A DNA stretch of 64,000 bases from Eledone cirrhosa (Eukaryota), in NCBI GenBank assembly GCA_964016885.1, contig OZ024745.1, positions 25,110,001 through 25,174,000 of the forward strand, given 5' to 3'. The position numbers were made by a program, and so were the translations under genes. The notes below the pieces were generated by a model, which saw only the letters and a program-made list of their open reading frames with translations, did no database searches and was not told the DNA's origin. Positions 47,036-58,960 of the stretch are shown in pieces; positions within the stretch are counted from its first letter, which is position 1, and every line of letters starts with the position of its first letter.

Positions 47036-50000
47036 CATCATCATCATCATCATCACCGTTTTACGTCCGTTCTTCCACGCTAGCATGGGTTAGACGGGTT
47101 GTCCTGTTGTGGGCAGTGTCTGGTCGGCTGACCATGCCTTGCTCATACAGGAACTGATCTGGCTTGATTTCTACAGCTGGATGCCCTTCCTAACACCAAC
47201 CTCATTTACAGTGAGTGCTGGGTGCTTTTTCGTGGCGCCTACACGTCCACTTTACAGTGTGGGCTGGGTGCTTTTTTGCCGTGGCACCTCCACGGCCACC
47301 TTGCGGTGGGGGGGGGGGGCATATTGTTTATATGCTTCAGCATGTACCCATGGGAGGTCGGGTACCCTGTATTACTGCGTGACGCCAGAAGTCACGGTCG
47401 TGTGTCATTGACTTTGAGAGGTGTAGTTGGGTAAGGTCGGCTTTTATCACCTCATCCCAAGTCATCTTGGGTCTCCCCACTCCGCGGTTTCCATCAACTT
47501 CTAGTGCTCTGCACCTTTTTATGCAGCTGTCATCCTTCATACGCATCACATGTCCATACCAGCGTAACCGCCTCTCCTGCACGCAGCATTTGATTCCTCT
47601 TATGCTCAGTCTCTCTCTCAATTCATTTATGCTTTGTCGTTCACGTATATTACTGTTACACATCCATCGGAGCATGCAGGCTTCGTTTCTCTCTAATCTA
47701 CGTAAGTCTTCCACCTTCAGCGCCCAGGTCTCACTACCATGCAACATCGCTGTTCGGATACACGCATCATACAGTCTGCCTTTCATTCTGAGGGAGAAGC
47801 CTTTTGCAGCTAGCAGTGGTAGTAGTTCCCTAAACTTCTTCCATCCCGTTCTTACCCTAGTTATTGTACTTTCTGAGCACCCACCTCCGTTGCTAATTCG
47901 GTCACCTAGGTAGCAGAAGCTGTCTACTGTTTCTACAGGGCCCTCCCAGAGATTGGTGGTTCTTGTTTCCTGTGGCTGTTTGCTTGCTGTTTCAGCACAG
48001 CTGCTGCATGTGAATCCTACATTCTTAATTAAGCTTCCTGAGATCCCGCTACATCTCTTGTGTACCCATTGTTTGCATTTGGGGCAAAGAATGGAGTTCC
48101 TACCTACACCTTTCCTACATACTGAGCAAGGCCATTTCCCTGAGGGGATCTGGGTTCTGTTTTCTCGTCTACTTATAAGGACCTTAGTCTTTGTCATGTT
48201 GACTTTGAGGCCCTTTCTCTCTAGTCCCTGCTTCCAGGTTTGGAATTTATTCTCTAGTTCTACCATAGATTCAGCTATGAGTGCGAGGTCATCAGCATAC
48301 AGGAGTTCCCATGGGCATCCGGTCTTAAACTCCTCCGTTATTGCCTGCAGGACTATGATGAACAGGAGAGGGCTAAGAACAGAGCCCTGGTGGACCCCAA
48401 CCTGTACGCTAAATTCCTCGCTATACTCATTGCCAATCCTAACTTTGCTGACTGCTCCCCTATACATGGCTTGTACCGCTTTCACAAGCCATTCATCTAC
48501 TCCTAGTTTTCTAAGAGCCCACCAGATTACTGCACGTGGAACTCTGTCAAAGGCTTTCTCAAGGTCGACAAATGCCAAGTAGAGTGGCTTACTTTTAGCT
48601 AGGTACTTTTCCTGTAATTGCCTCACAAGGAAGAGCGCATCAGTGGTGCCTTTCCCTGGAACAAACCCAAATTGCATCTCGTCTATATTCACCCGGTCCC
48701 TAATCAGCTGTGCTATAACTCTTTCTGTTACTTTCATGACCTGGTCCATCAACTTTATACCTCTATAGTTTCCTCTATCTAGTGCATCGCCTTTACCTTT
48801 GTAGCAGTTGACAATGATGCTACTGCACCAATCTTTTGGTATGGCCCCCTCTAGTATTACCTGGTTAACGATACGTGTGGTTATAGTGTGACCTACAGAC
48901 CCAGATGCCTTCAGCATCTCGGCAGCTATACCCGATGGACCGGTTGCCTTCCCTATCTTCATATCTCTGATTGCCTTACTTACTACGCTGCCGCTGACTT
49001 GTACTGCTGGTCCCTCTATAGGGTCTACGTGGGGTAGGGTCTCTTCTTCCCATGCATTCTCCTCATTTAGTAATCTATCATAATGACTCTTCCATGCATC
49101 TTTCTTCTCAGCACTTGTGAGGGCAAGCTCACCTTTATCATTCCGGATACACTTCTCTCCAATGACATCACAACTATCTCTGACACACTGCCTCGCAATC
49201 TTGAATACCTCCTGTTTCTGGTCCTCACGTTGTAAAACATGCTTGAATTTTCTATCCTCTGCTTCCCTCCTAGCTAAGTATACTTGTCGCCTAGCTTCCC
49301 TCTTGGTCTCTATGTAATGTACCCTGCTCCCCCCGTTCTTCCATTCTTTCCATGCCTGTCTCTTGGCCTTGACTGCTTCATCTACCTTATTGTTCCACCA
49401 CCAAGTCACTCTCCTCCTGCTTGAGGTCTTACTCCAGCCACAAACCTCATCCGTCGCCTCTAGTAAGTTATTTTTTAGGAACTCCCAGTTCTCTTCTACG
49501 TTAAATGTCTCTATCTGTTCTTCTTTACTGTCGTAGGCGTTGAGTAAAATATCTTTAAATCTGTTACTGGTTGAGGGGACTTTCAGCTTCCAGATCTTTC
49601 TTCTCCAGGTTGGCCTCTGTTTCAGGGCTCGTCTAGTTCTGACCGTGAGGTCGCTGACAACTAAGCTATGTTGGGATGTACATTCCTCACTAGGGAAGGC
49701 TTTTGTGTTTACGACCGTCCATCTGTCACGTCCTCTGATGAGGATAAAATCTAACTGACTAGAGTGCTCCCCTGATCTATAGGTGATCAGGTGGTTGTCG
49801 GGTTTTTTAAAGTTTGTGTTACATATCGACATGTCATTGGCGTCGCAGAATTCTAGAAGTCTGAATCCTTCCTCATTCCTTGTGCCAACTCCATGGCCTC
49901 CATGTACTCTATTGAAGCCGTCGCAGTGTTTACCTACGTGTCCGTTAAAATCTCCTGCAATGATTAGGAAGTCCTTGTCGTCTGTTAGAGCAGTAGTGTG

Positions 50001-50320
50001 TATTAGGGACTCGTAAAACCTATCCTTAAGTTCGTCTGGCAGCCCCGATTGGGGTGCGTAAGCTGATATTATTGTGGTAATTGTCTTATTCAGGACTAGT
50101 CTGAGTTTAATGATTCTTGCATTTACCCTGTACACTGAGATTACTTTATCTACCCACTTGTCAGCTAATAGTATACCTACACCACCCATCCCATCGTCAT
50201 TTCCCACCCAGAAAAATTTGTAGCACTGGCTTTTTCCTACAAGGACTCTAGCAGACCCTCCTCTCCATCTAGTCTCTTGCACACAGCATACATCAACTTC
50301 CTTTCGCTCTAGCATTTCTA
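47036..50320 (-). mobile_element. Young RTE LINE family B, slightly 5'-truncated, with a 5-bp TSD
   Basis: AAAGT duplicated at 47031-47035 and 50321-50325, splitting the host ...CCCAAATGCAAAGTATGGGTG...; (CAT)n tail at 47036-47055; 300-bp 3' UTR. Confidence 0.95.
47337..50315 (-). CDS. RTE-clade polyprotein (APE endonuclease - reverse transcriptase - PHD finger - thumb), 992 codons without interruption but missing the first APE motif
   Basis: CVQETRW, SAYAPQ, GDFNGH, LDFIL, SQHSLV; NYRGIKL, QFGF, FVDLEKAFD, QGSVLSP, YADD; CSVC-CPKC-HKRC-CSSC; FCYLG, RRLRWYGHV. Confidence 0.93.
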   Translation of the reverse strand: MLERKEVDVCCVQETRWRGGSARVLVGKSQCYKFFWVGNDDGMGGVGILLADKWVDKVISVYRVNARIIKLRLVLNKTITTIISAYAPQSGLPDELKDRFYESLIHTTALTDDKDFLIIAGDFNGHVGKHCDGFNRVHGGHGVGTRNEEGFRLLEFCDANDMSICNTNFKKPDNHLITYRSGEHSSQLDFILIRGRDRWTVVNTKAFPSEECTSQHSLVVSDLTVRTRRALKQRPTWRRKIWKLKVPSTSNRFKDILLNAYDSKEEQIETFNVEENWEFLKNNLLEATDEVCGWSKTSSRRRVTWWWNNKVDEAVKAKRQAWKEWKNGGSRVHYIETKREARRQVYLARREAEDRKFKHVLQREDQKQEVFKIARQCVRDSCDVIGEKCIRNDKGELALTSAEKKDAWKSHYDRLLNEENAWEEETLPHVDPIEGPAVQVSGSVVSKAIRDMKIGKATGPSGIAAEMLKASGSVGHTITTRIVNQVILEGAIPKDWCSSIIVNCYKGKGDALDRGNYRGIKLMDQVMKVTERVIAQLIRDRVNIDEMQFGFVPGKGTTDALFLVRQLQEKYLAKSKPLYLAFVDLEKAFDRVPRAVIWWALRKLGVDEWLVKAVQAMYRGAVSKVRIGNEYSEEFSVQVGVHQGSVLSPLLFIIVLQAITEEFKTGCPWELLYADDLALIAESMVELENKFQTWKQGLERKGLKVNMTKTKVLISRRENRTQIPSGKWPCSVCRKGVGRNSILCPKCKQWVHKRCSGISGSLIKNVGFTCSSCAETASKQPQETRTTNLWEGPVETVDSFCYLGDRISNGGGCSESTITRVRTGWKKFRELLPLLAAKGFSLRMKGRLYDACIRTAMLHGSETWALKVEDLRRLERNEACMLRWMCNSNIRERQSINELRERLSIRGIKCCVQERRLRWYGHVMRMKDDSCIKRCRALEVDGNRGVGRPKMTWDEVIKADLTQLHLSKSMTHDRDFWRHAVIQGTRPPMGTC

Positions 50321-51831
50321 AAAGTATGGGTGCATAAAAGATGTAGTGGGATCACAGGTAAGCTAACTAAAAACATAGATTTTATATGTGGCCGGTGCTC
50401 AGGTGCAATAAGTAGTAGCAAGTGCCCACAGGATACTAGCTCCACCTATTGCCCAGATGGTTCTATAGAAATAGTGGACACCTTCCGTTACCTGGGTGAC
50501 AAAATCAGCAGTGGTGGAGGGCGCTCTGAAAGTACGGTAGCTAGAGTCAGAACGGGATGGAAAAAGTTCAGAGAGCTTATACCACTATTAGCTGCTAAAG
50601 GTTTCTCTCTAAAAATGAAAGGCAGACTGTATGATGCCTGCATGCGAACAGCAATGTTACATGGCAGTGAGACATGGGCATTGTGTGCAGAGGATCTACG
50701 CAGACTGGAGAGGAATGAAGCATGCATGCTCCGTTGGATGTGTAATAGTAATATATGTGAACGGCAAAGCATAAATGAACTAAGTGAGAAATTAGGAATA
50801 AGAGGGATCAGATGCTGTTTACTCGAGAGAAGACTACGTTGGTATGGCCACGTGATGCGCATGACAGATGACAGCTGTATAAAAAAGTGCAGGGCAATCA
50901 AAATTGATGGAAGTTACAGAGTAGGTAGACCCAGAAAAACCTGGGACGATTTGATCAATTCTGGCCTCACACACTTACACCTCTCCAAGACAATGTCACT
51001 GGAACGAGATCTTTGGCGCTACGCAGTAATACAGAAGACCCGCCATGCCTAAGTACAAAGCGAAACCTACAGTCAGTAGGCACTTCTTAACCAAAAATAC
51101 ACCCCATCCCACTACCCCTACCCCCACCCCCATCTACACCACCCCTTTCGCTGTAAAGTTATGTTGGTACCACAACATCCAGTCATAAATAAATGAAGTC
51201 GTGTAGGTGTCACGACAAAAAAACACACAGTCCACCCTGTAATGTGGTCGTGTAGGTAACACAGTAAAAACCTCCCAGTCCACACTGTAAACGTGGTTGG
51301 TGTTAGGAAGGGCATCCAGCCATAGAAAACCTGCCAGACAGTCCTATACGAGCAAGTGGGACAATCCCGTCCTAACCCACGCTAGCGTGGAAGATAGACG
51401 TTAAACAATGATGATGATGATGATACAAATAAGTAATCATTTATTTATCCCTTATGTTAGATTTGAAACAAAATTCAATATTGAAACTTAGAGCTGTCCC
51501 AAGCAGAAAAATACATTTAAACATTATTTTATTTGGCAATATCGATAGATCGGGTGCAAATTTATTGCAAACTGTACCCTTTTTAGAACCCTCGCGGGCC
51601 AGATTGAAACCCTTTGCGGGCCAGGGGTTGGGGACCCCTGCTGTATATACTCGAATATAAGTCAAGAAATATGTGACCAAACGATCTATGGTAGAACTGG
51701 GTTTGGCTTATATTTGGGTTCAATATTTTGATGATTTTCATCAACTTCAAATTCTACATAAATATGGTGTGGAATTTTGTTCATTTCTCAGACATAAAAT
51801 AGTGGGATTGGCTTATATTCAAGTATATATG

Positions 51832-52371
51832 GTGTGCAGGAGAGGAGGTTGCGTTGGTATGGAGATGTGATGTGTATGAAGGATGACAGCTGTATAAAAA
51901 GGTACAGAGCACTAAAAGTCGATAGAAGCCTTGGAGTGGGGAGACCCAAGAAGAACTGGGATGAGGTGATAAAAGCTGACCTTGCCCAATTGCACCTCTC
52001 AAAGGACTGTGATCTATGGCGTCACGCAGTAATACAGAAGACCTTCCCATGGGTACAAACCGAAGATGAAGCATATAGACAATATGCCCCCACCCCCTCC
52101 CACTGCAAAGTGGTCGCGGAGGTGCCACTACAAAAAAGCACCCAGCCCACACTACAAAGTGGTTGTGTAGGCGCCACAGTAAAAAAAAAAGCACCCAGCA
52201 TTCACTGTAAATGAGGTTGGTGTTAGGAAGGGCATCCAGCTGTAGAAATCGAGCCAAAATCAGTTCCTGTATGAGCAAGACAAGGTCAGTCGACCGGACA
52301 CTGCCCGCAACAGGACAACCTGTCTAACCCATGCTAGCATGGAAGAACGGATGTAAAACGGTGATGATGAT
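51832..52371 (+). mobile_element. RTE family B 3' fragment
   Basis: Reverse-complement homologue of 47036-47585. Confidence 0.88.
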
Positions 52372-52524
52372 ACAGTAATTACTACCTTTAAATAATTAGA
52401 TGTTAATTTGTACTATAGTTTAGAAACCAAACAAACAAATATTGACATACAGGTGTATTTTATTCTAGTTTTCTCAGAGCCTACAGTTTACTATATTTTA
52501 TTTTATAACTCTTGTCATTTACAG

Positions 52525-52627
52525 GGTAGTAGTCCCACTGTTATTGCCTTAGCCTTTGATAATAGCCCAAAATTATGGAAAGATGGAGAAATATATGAAG
52601 AAGCCAAGGAGATTATTTCAAATAAAG
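52525..52627 (+). CDS. SLC39A11: ZIP11 coding exon 4 (variable cytosolic loop)
   Basis: TTTACAG acceptor; GSSPTVIALAFDNSPKLWKDGEIYEEAKEIISNK; G/GTATGT donor. Phase 1 joins the next exon correctly. The loop is weakly conserved, so support is mainly splice sites and phase. Confidence 0.75.
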
Positions 52628-54038
52628 GTATGTTGCTAGGTTTCTAAATTTCTGTTTGGTTCCAATAAGAAATTATGGGTTAATTCTAAACTGTTAGAAT
52701 GATTTATGTTTTTTTATGCAAATACAAAACTACTGTATATCCTCGAATATAAGCCGAGGAATGAATGGTAAAATGGTGGTCGGCTTATATTTGCCATATA
52801 AACATAATGTGTTGATTAGCTGCCTCAGCTTATAAACGAGATTTGGATTTTTGCCCATTTCTTAGACATAGAAAAGGGGGTGGCTTCTATTTGCATCAGC
52901 TTATATTTGGATTGGCATATATTCGAGTATATATGGTACTTTTTTTGGAAATGTCAGTTGGCAAATTAGCAGTTATTAATTAGAATGTTGGATAGAATAC
53001 CTTGTGGTATTTGTTCTGGCTCTCTGAGTTCAAATCCTACTGAGGTTGCTTTGCCTTTTGTTATTTTGAGGTCGATAAATAAAGTACTAGTTTAGCACTT
53101 GGATCCATTTTTCTTTATCTATCTCTCTCCTTCTCTGGAAGAAATCAGCTTTGTACAAAAGGATGGGCTCTGCCAGGTTTAAAATGCTCAAGCAATGTTA
53201 TGTCACTATGGTGCCCTTACAACTCAACCAGGGGTTACAGCTCTCTATATAGAAGGATATGGTTTATAAAACATCATCAACAAGAAGCGTTTCAACCCTT
53301 TAGCATTCACATTACTCTTTCATAATTATCTCACATGCTAGTGTGGAAGATAGACGTTAAATGATGATGATAATGATGAATATCGAATCTATGAGATTTT
53401 GATATTGTTTATTTTGAGAACAATACCTTAATATCAGTATAAGCGGCCAGTTTCAACTGGTTTGAACAGAAAGCGGTGAAACATTTCTGGCCGGATATGG
53501 CCGGTTTGAATACGGCCCTTTACGATGTGAGTTCAAATCCTGCCCAGGTTAACTTTGTCTTTCATCCTTACGGGGGTCGATAAAATAAAGTACCAGTCAC
53601 GCACTGGGTTCGATTTAATCGAATTTCCCTTCCCCCAAAATACTGGCCTTGTGCCTATATAAGAAACCAATATATTAAAGATAAAGCAGGGAGCTAACTC
53701 TCAGAGCCTGTGGATTTAGTCTTTCCTAGCATCACCCAGTCTTTCCCTGACGTCCTCCGGAAGTCAATGGTCTAGCCATGAAACCCTCAGGATTGCTGAA
53801 CAGCAGAAGGTCTTCTGAGAGGAACTTCCTTCCTCCGTCAAACAACTGAATAGAATTATTGGAATAGAACTGGTTGTTATGCAAATAACATTGAATCTTG
53901 CAATGAATGTAGCAAGCATGATGTTTGTACTAAAAGGATTGCATGGCTATATATAATAAACTGGTGAATCATACACTATTATATATATTTGCATTATCAG
54001 CATGAAACGAGGGAATCACTGAAACCAGATCTATTGAC

Positions 54039-54069
<31 letters not shown>

Positions 54070-57000
54070 GTGTGTGTGTGTGTGGAGGAGAGGGGTCTGG
54101 TGAATTATGTACTCAATACTTGCATTCTAAGCATGAAATAAGGGCATGATTGAAATACGATATGTTGATAAGGTGTGTGTGTGTATGAGTTTGTATGTGT
54201 GAGTGTGTATATGTCAGGTTGCATATATATATATATATGCATGTATATGTGTGTAGTGTATGTTGTGTTGTATACACGTATATGTGTGTCATCATCTCAT
54301 CATCATCATCATCATCATCTTCGTTTAACGTCTATCTTCCACGCTAGCATGGGTTAGACGTGCGTGTGTGTGAGATCTGAAGTAAACTTAACCACAAAAA
54401 TGTCTTTAAGATTGTTGCAAAACGCTATTTTCCTTTCATGCAGTTGTATAAAAAAAAAAGGAGTTCTGGTATGTATGTAATTTTTTTTTTCAACTAGAAA
54501 TTGATTACTGATTTTTTAAATTTTATCTATATATAAAAATAAAACTGATAAAATTACAAATATTCTATTAGGTTTGCTCTCACAGGTCTAGCTTTAAACA
54601 TTTGTTTGGTATGGTGTGGCTGATGAGGTCGCATTCCCATACAGCATTTCTTGGGAATTTTAAACCTGGCAGAGTCCATCTCCCAGGCTGATTTCTGAAA
54701 AGATTTGTATATTAATACAAAAAAAGGTTTGATTGACAATATCCCAGACCTCATTTGCTTACCAAGTGTGGTGGAATTTGTCAAATTCGACCAAGGAAAC
54801 AATGTTTCCATTAGTCTTTCCTTTGTTGATACTATCTACCAGTCTCAACTCCTAGCAGAAAGAGTAATGTGAAATAAAGAATAAAGTGTCTCGCTCAAGG
54901 ACATAACACATCACCCTATCTGGGAATTGAACTCGCAACCTAATGATGGTGAATCCAATTCTCTAACCACTAAGCCACACATCTTCACAGTTATAGGATG
55001 TTGCCAACCATGATTAAAATGACTAGTTAACAAGTAGTTTATGATCAGCTACGTGTAATATTACTATTTCTTTCCACTGTGTTTCAATCAATCTTTTCTT
55101 AAATCAAACCTATTTTAACATATTTAAAACTTGTAGTTCTAATATAGCTTTTCAATGTTTTTATTCTTCCCATAGGACAACTATTTGTAAGATTTAGAGA
55201 ATGTTGAAATATATTTCAGTAATGGCAGCTATTTTGTGCTGATATTTGCACAAAATTGTTCTAGTTTGTTTTAGATGTACTACTTCTTTGAGGATTGTCC
55301 ATATTATGGGCACTACTATGTAGTTTCTGGTATAGTTTATTTGCAATATAAGCTCTGCTGTGGTTTAGAATGGAATCATTGCATCCCTATCTGTGACTAA
55401 AACTGTTGGTGTCATGGAGGACATCTGAACATAAAATATTGTCTTAAAAAAGACTGATGAATATAAAGCTTGTCATTGGGGCCTGCAAGGTTAATCCCTG
55501 CTTTAGCAGGAAACTTTGTCCAATGTTGACATGGGATTTCTATATTGTCATTAATAAGGATTTTGTTGTTGTACCTCTAAACAGAGTTTCCCAAATGATT
55601 GAAGAAAAACTAAAGAACTGACAGTAAACTTATAAGTGCAGGTATGGCTACAGGCATAGACAAATGACTATAGGGCACATATGCAAAATTAGACTTTTGA
55701 GTTACTTCCCTTCTATCAAGTTACTTCACATAACCTCTACCAGCTACAATGATTAGAACACTGATGGAAATGGATTCGTTGTCTTTGCTTCCTTTACATA
55801 AACTTGATAAATCTTAAACCACTGATAAATAAAATAAAATAATAAATATTTGATTTAATAATCTTTTATTTAATAATCTCTTTACAGTTTAGAAATTAAT
55901 ATTCTTGTGAATTTATTTTTTCAGACTATTGTACTCTCTGGCCTTCTTCAGGTGTAGGTCTTATTCATTAGTGTTCTCAGAATTATGAACCAAACACTTT
56001 AGTCAGACCACAAGGGTAGGTTGTTTTTATTCCTGAAGATGGCTGGAAGGTACAACAGCTAAAAGGTGAAGATGGGTGTCCGAAAAAAAATCATTTTGTA
56101 ATAAAAAAAAAAGCCAATCTCTGTTTTACTCTTTTTGAAATGTCTTTCTAATGCAACATCATTTTTTTGTTTGCCTCCTTTTGACGAAGACTGAAGTATA
56201 GCAGCCGTATCGTGAGCAGATTCATTTCTTTATTGTTTTCTGTGAGTCAGAAGTGCTATATATTTTAATTACTATGTGTGTGTGTTATTTTTTCATATGT
56301 AATATAGTGTACTAATAATGTAGTTGCTGTTTTATAGTTTGCCTTTCTTGCCTTTAAAATTATGCATGCATAATATCCCTTTTTATTTGAGAAATACTTT
56401 TTATTATATTTTAGTAAGCATTTTCAGAGATAGTACTTTTGTGTGCACCAGGAGCGATTTAAACCTATAGGAATTGTGTAACTCTTTTGATGCCAACCCA
56501 GCCAAAACTGGCCCTAGTTCTATGAAACCAGAACCACCAATTTTAAATGATTCCTATATAAATGAATATCTTCCAACTTAATTTTATACACGAACCATAT
56601 GTTAAGGTATCATTTTAGGAATGAAATAATTAATAGTTTGAGTAAATCCTTCAAAATTCTTCAATAATTAATTAAAAGATAGTGTATTTCATTATAAGTA
56701 CTGTCCTAGTAATTGGCGGTGAAGAAAAATAGAGAAGTTTTAAACAAAGTAGAACTGATGCTTCTTTGGACTTTGTCATCAGCATTATTATGGATTGGCA
56801 GTATCAGTAGAGGGTCGGACGCCATGCTTTCCAGCATAGTTACGTCCCTTTATGATCTGAGTTCAAATCCCGCCGAGGTTGACTTTGCCTTTCATCCTTA
56901 CGGGGTCGATAAAATAAAGTACCAGTAATGCACTGGGTAATTGCTGGCCTTGTGCCTAAAGTAGAAACAATTATTATGATTTTCATGACTTCAATAATGA

Positions 57001-58589
57001 TAACAATAATATTTTTTTTAATTGATAACTTTATTTGTTTACTGACAAGTGGGGTGAAATTCGTCAAATCGGACCAAGGAAACAAGGTTTCCATTAGTCT
57101 TTCCATTGCTGATACACTCTACTGGTAGTAACTCCTGGCTCAAAGAAGAATGTGAAATAAAGTGTCTTGCTCAAGGACATAATGCATCGCCTGGTCTGGG
57201 AAAAAACTTGCAATATCATGATTACAAATCCAATTCTCTCACCACTAAGCCATGTGCCTTCACTATAATGATAATAATGATTTCTAATTTGAGCACAAGG
57301 CTAGGAAATTGTGGGGAGAGAAATTCAATTATAGCAACCCTAGTGTTTTTATCTATCCTGGAAGGATGAAAGGCAAAGTTAACCTCAGCAGGATTTGAAC
57401 TCAGAAGGTAAAGATCTAGAACAAATACTGCAAAGTATTTTATTCAATGCTCTAGTGATCCTGGCAATCCAGTTATAACAACAACAACAGTCCCTATGAT
57501 AGTAAGTTCTCTAGGAATGATAAAAAAAAACACGCAGACAATTACATAATCAAAACCTCAGGAAATGCAATTATGCACAGCATACAGAAAATAGCACTGC
57601 TAGGCACTGCACATATATTACATAGTGTACTTTCAATCCAACAGCAACAACAACACTAAAAACATAGCACTTCTCATACCTGAGGCACAGAAAATTGTGT
57701 TTGATAATGCAGTGGCAGCACACAATATAAATATGACTAATAATGATTGTTTCTACTTTTGGCACAAGGCCAGCAATTACCCAGTACATTACTGGTACTT
57801 TATTTTATCAACCCCCGTAAGGATGAAAGGCAAAGTTAACCTCAACGGGATTTGCACTCAGTTCGTAAAGGGACGTGACTCTGTGCTGCAAAGCATGTCC
57901 GACCCTCTACAGATACTGCCAATCCGCCGCCCTTATTTACATTAATAATACAATTACATAATATGACTAATAATAATGATGATTACATTGATAATAAATT
58001 TCATCATCATCATCATCATCGTTGGCATCAGCAGGTGCACACAGTAACAATAAGACTAAAATTGATAGTGATGATGATGATAATGAGGAACTTTATCATT
58101 AGTGTAATTTTCACATTGGGCTCTTGCATTTTACCCCCTACACTGACATTGCTGGTGCAAAGACTAAATGTTTTCCAACTTAACTATCCATACCAACCAA
58201 TCATCTCATATAACCAGCACACTAATTCTCTTGGTTTCCTTGCTAACCTTTAAATCTTTACCCTGTCAGCACAGTCCCTAATTCTATCCAATCACATGAT
58301 TACTACCTGATCAATGCAACACCCTACTAAACTTTAAATCCAGTCTTTACCCTGTTGTCACTATCTCTACTTTCACCCAACCATATGTGTACTGACTTAT
58401 CAATGCAACACATATATATAATCCTTTCATACAAAAAGTTTTACTTTCCAAATCATCTGATACTTTAAGTCAGCTAATTGATCAAAACTATGCCATTTAC
58501 TTTTGGCAACAAATGGCCTTCAATTTTGACCCATCTGAAACAGCTAAGGAAGTGACTGATATCATGTATATCTTATTTTGGCACTCTTT

Positions 58590-58960
58590 GAGTGAAAGAG
58601 TGCCAAATATCAAGAACTTGTACAGGAATTAAGGAGAAGTTGGCTGACATGGCTATTTGCAATCAAGGTAAGCTGCAGGGGATTTCCAGCTCACTCAGTA
58701 TGGAGAAAGCGCACTGCCATTGGAATGACAGGAAGAGAGCAGAAGACTGCATTTCGCGGGATGAGGGAAGCAGTAAAAGGGCCTCCTGTTGGCTATGGAT
58801 CAGGAGAAAGGAGATAAGCTGGAAGATTGGTAGTAATTTGACCATCATTGCTGATCCACCAGTGAGAGGGTGTTACAGTTGAGGGTTGAAACACCCAATG
58901 AATGTTGGACACCATCGGATGACATTAACACCTCCTGGCCAAGGCTATGAATGTGAGGCA
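58590..58960 (+). mobile_element. Highly degraded RTE-type LINE 3' fragment
   Basis: CTGIKEKLADMA...WNDR...GGKQ*KG...LWIR, a remnant of the thumb region. Confidence 0.45.

Larger units (their letters stand above)
45390..51422 (+). mobile_element. RTE family A copy in three pieces (45390-46139, 46648-47035, 50321-51422)
   Basis: The pieces are collinear with 30110-33545; (ATG)n tail; short ATAC duplication at the ends. Confidence 0.9.
45299..51640. mobile_element. hAT-type MITE split by about 6 kb of nested retrotransposons (MITE halves 45299-45389 and 51423-51640)
   Basis: TIR (A)AGGGGTCCCCAACC / GGTTGGGGACCCCTG with a perfect 8-bp TSD CTGTATAT at 45291-45298 and 51641-51648. Confidence 0.87.

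Noticed and set aside
47467-50016. Several 66-209-aa plus-strand ORFs (also 20885-21810 and the antisense ORFs over 30146-32840)
   Set aside because: They are antisense shadows of retrotransposon coding sequence.
56030-56066. CTGAAGA-TGGCTG...CAGCT-AAAA hammerhead-like motif
   Set aside because: The GAAA core is altered and stems I and III cannot be formed; a decayed remnant at most.
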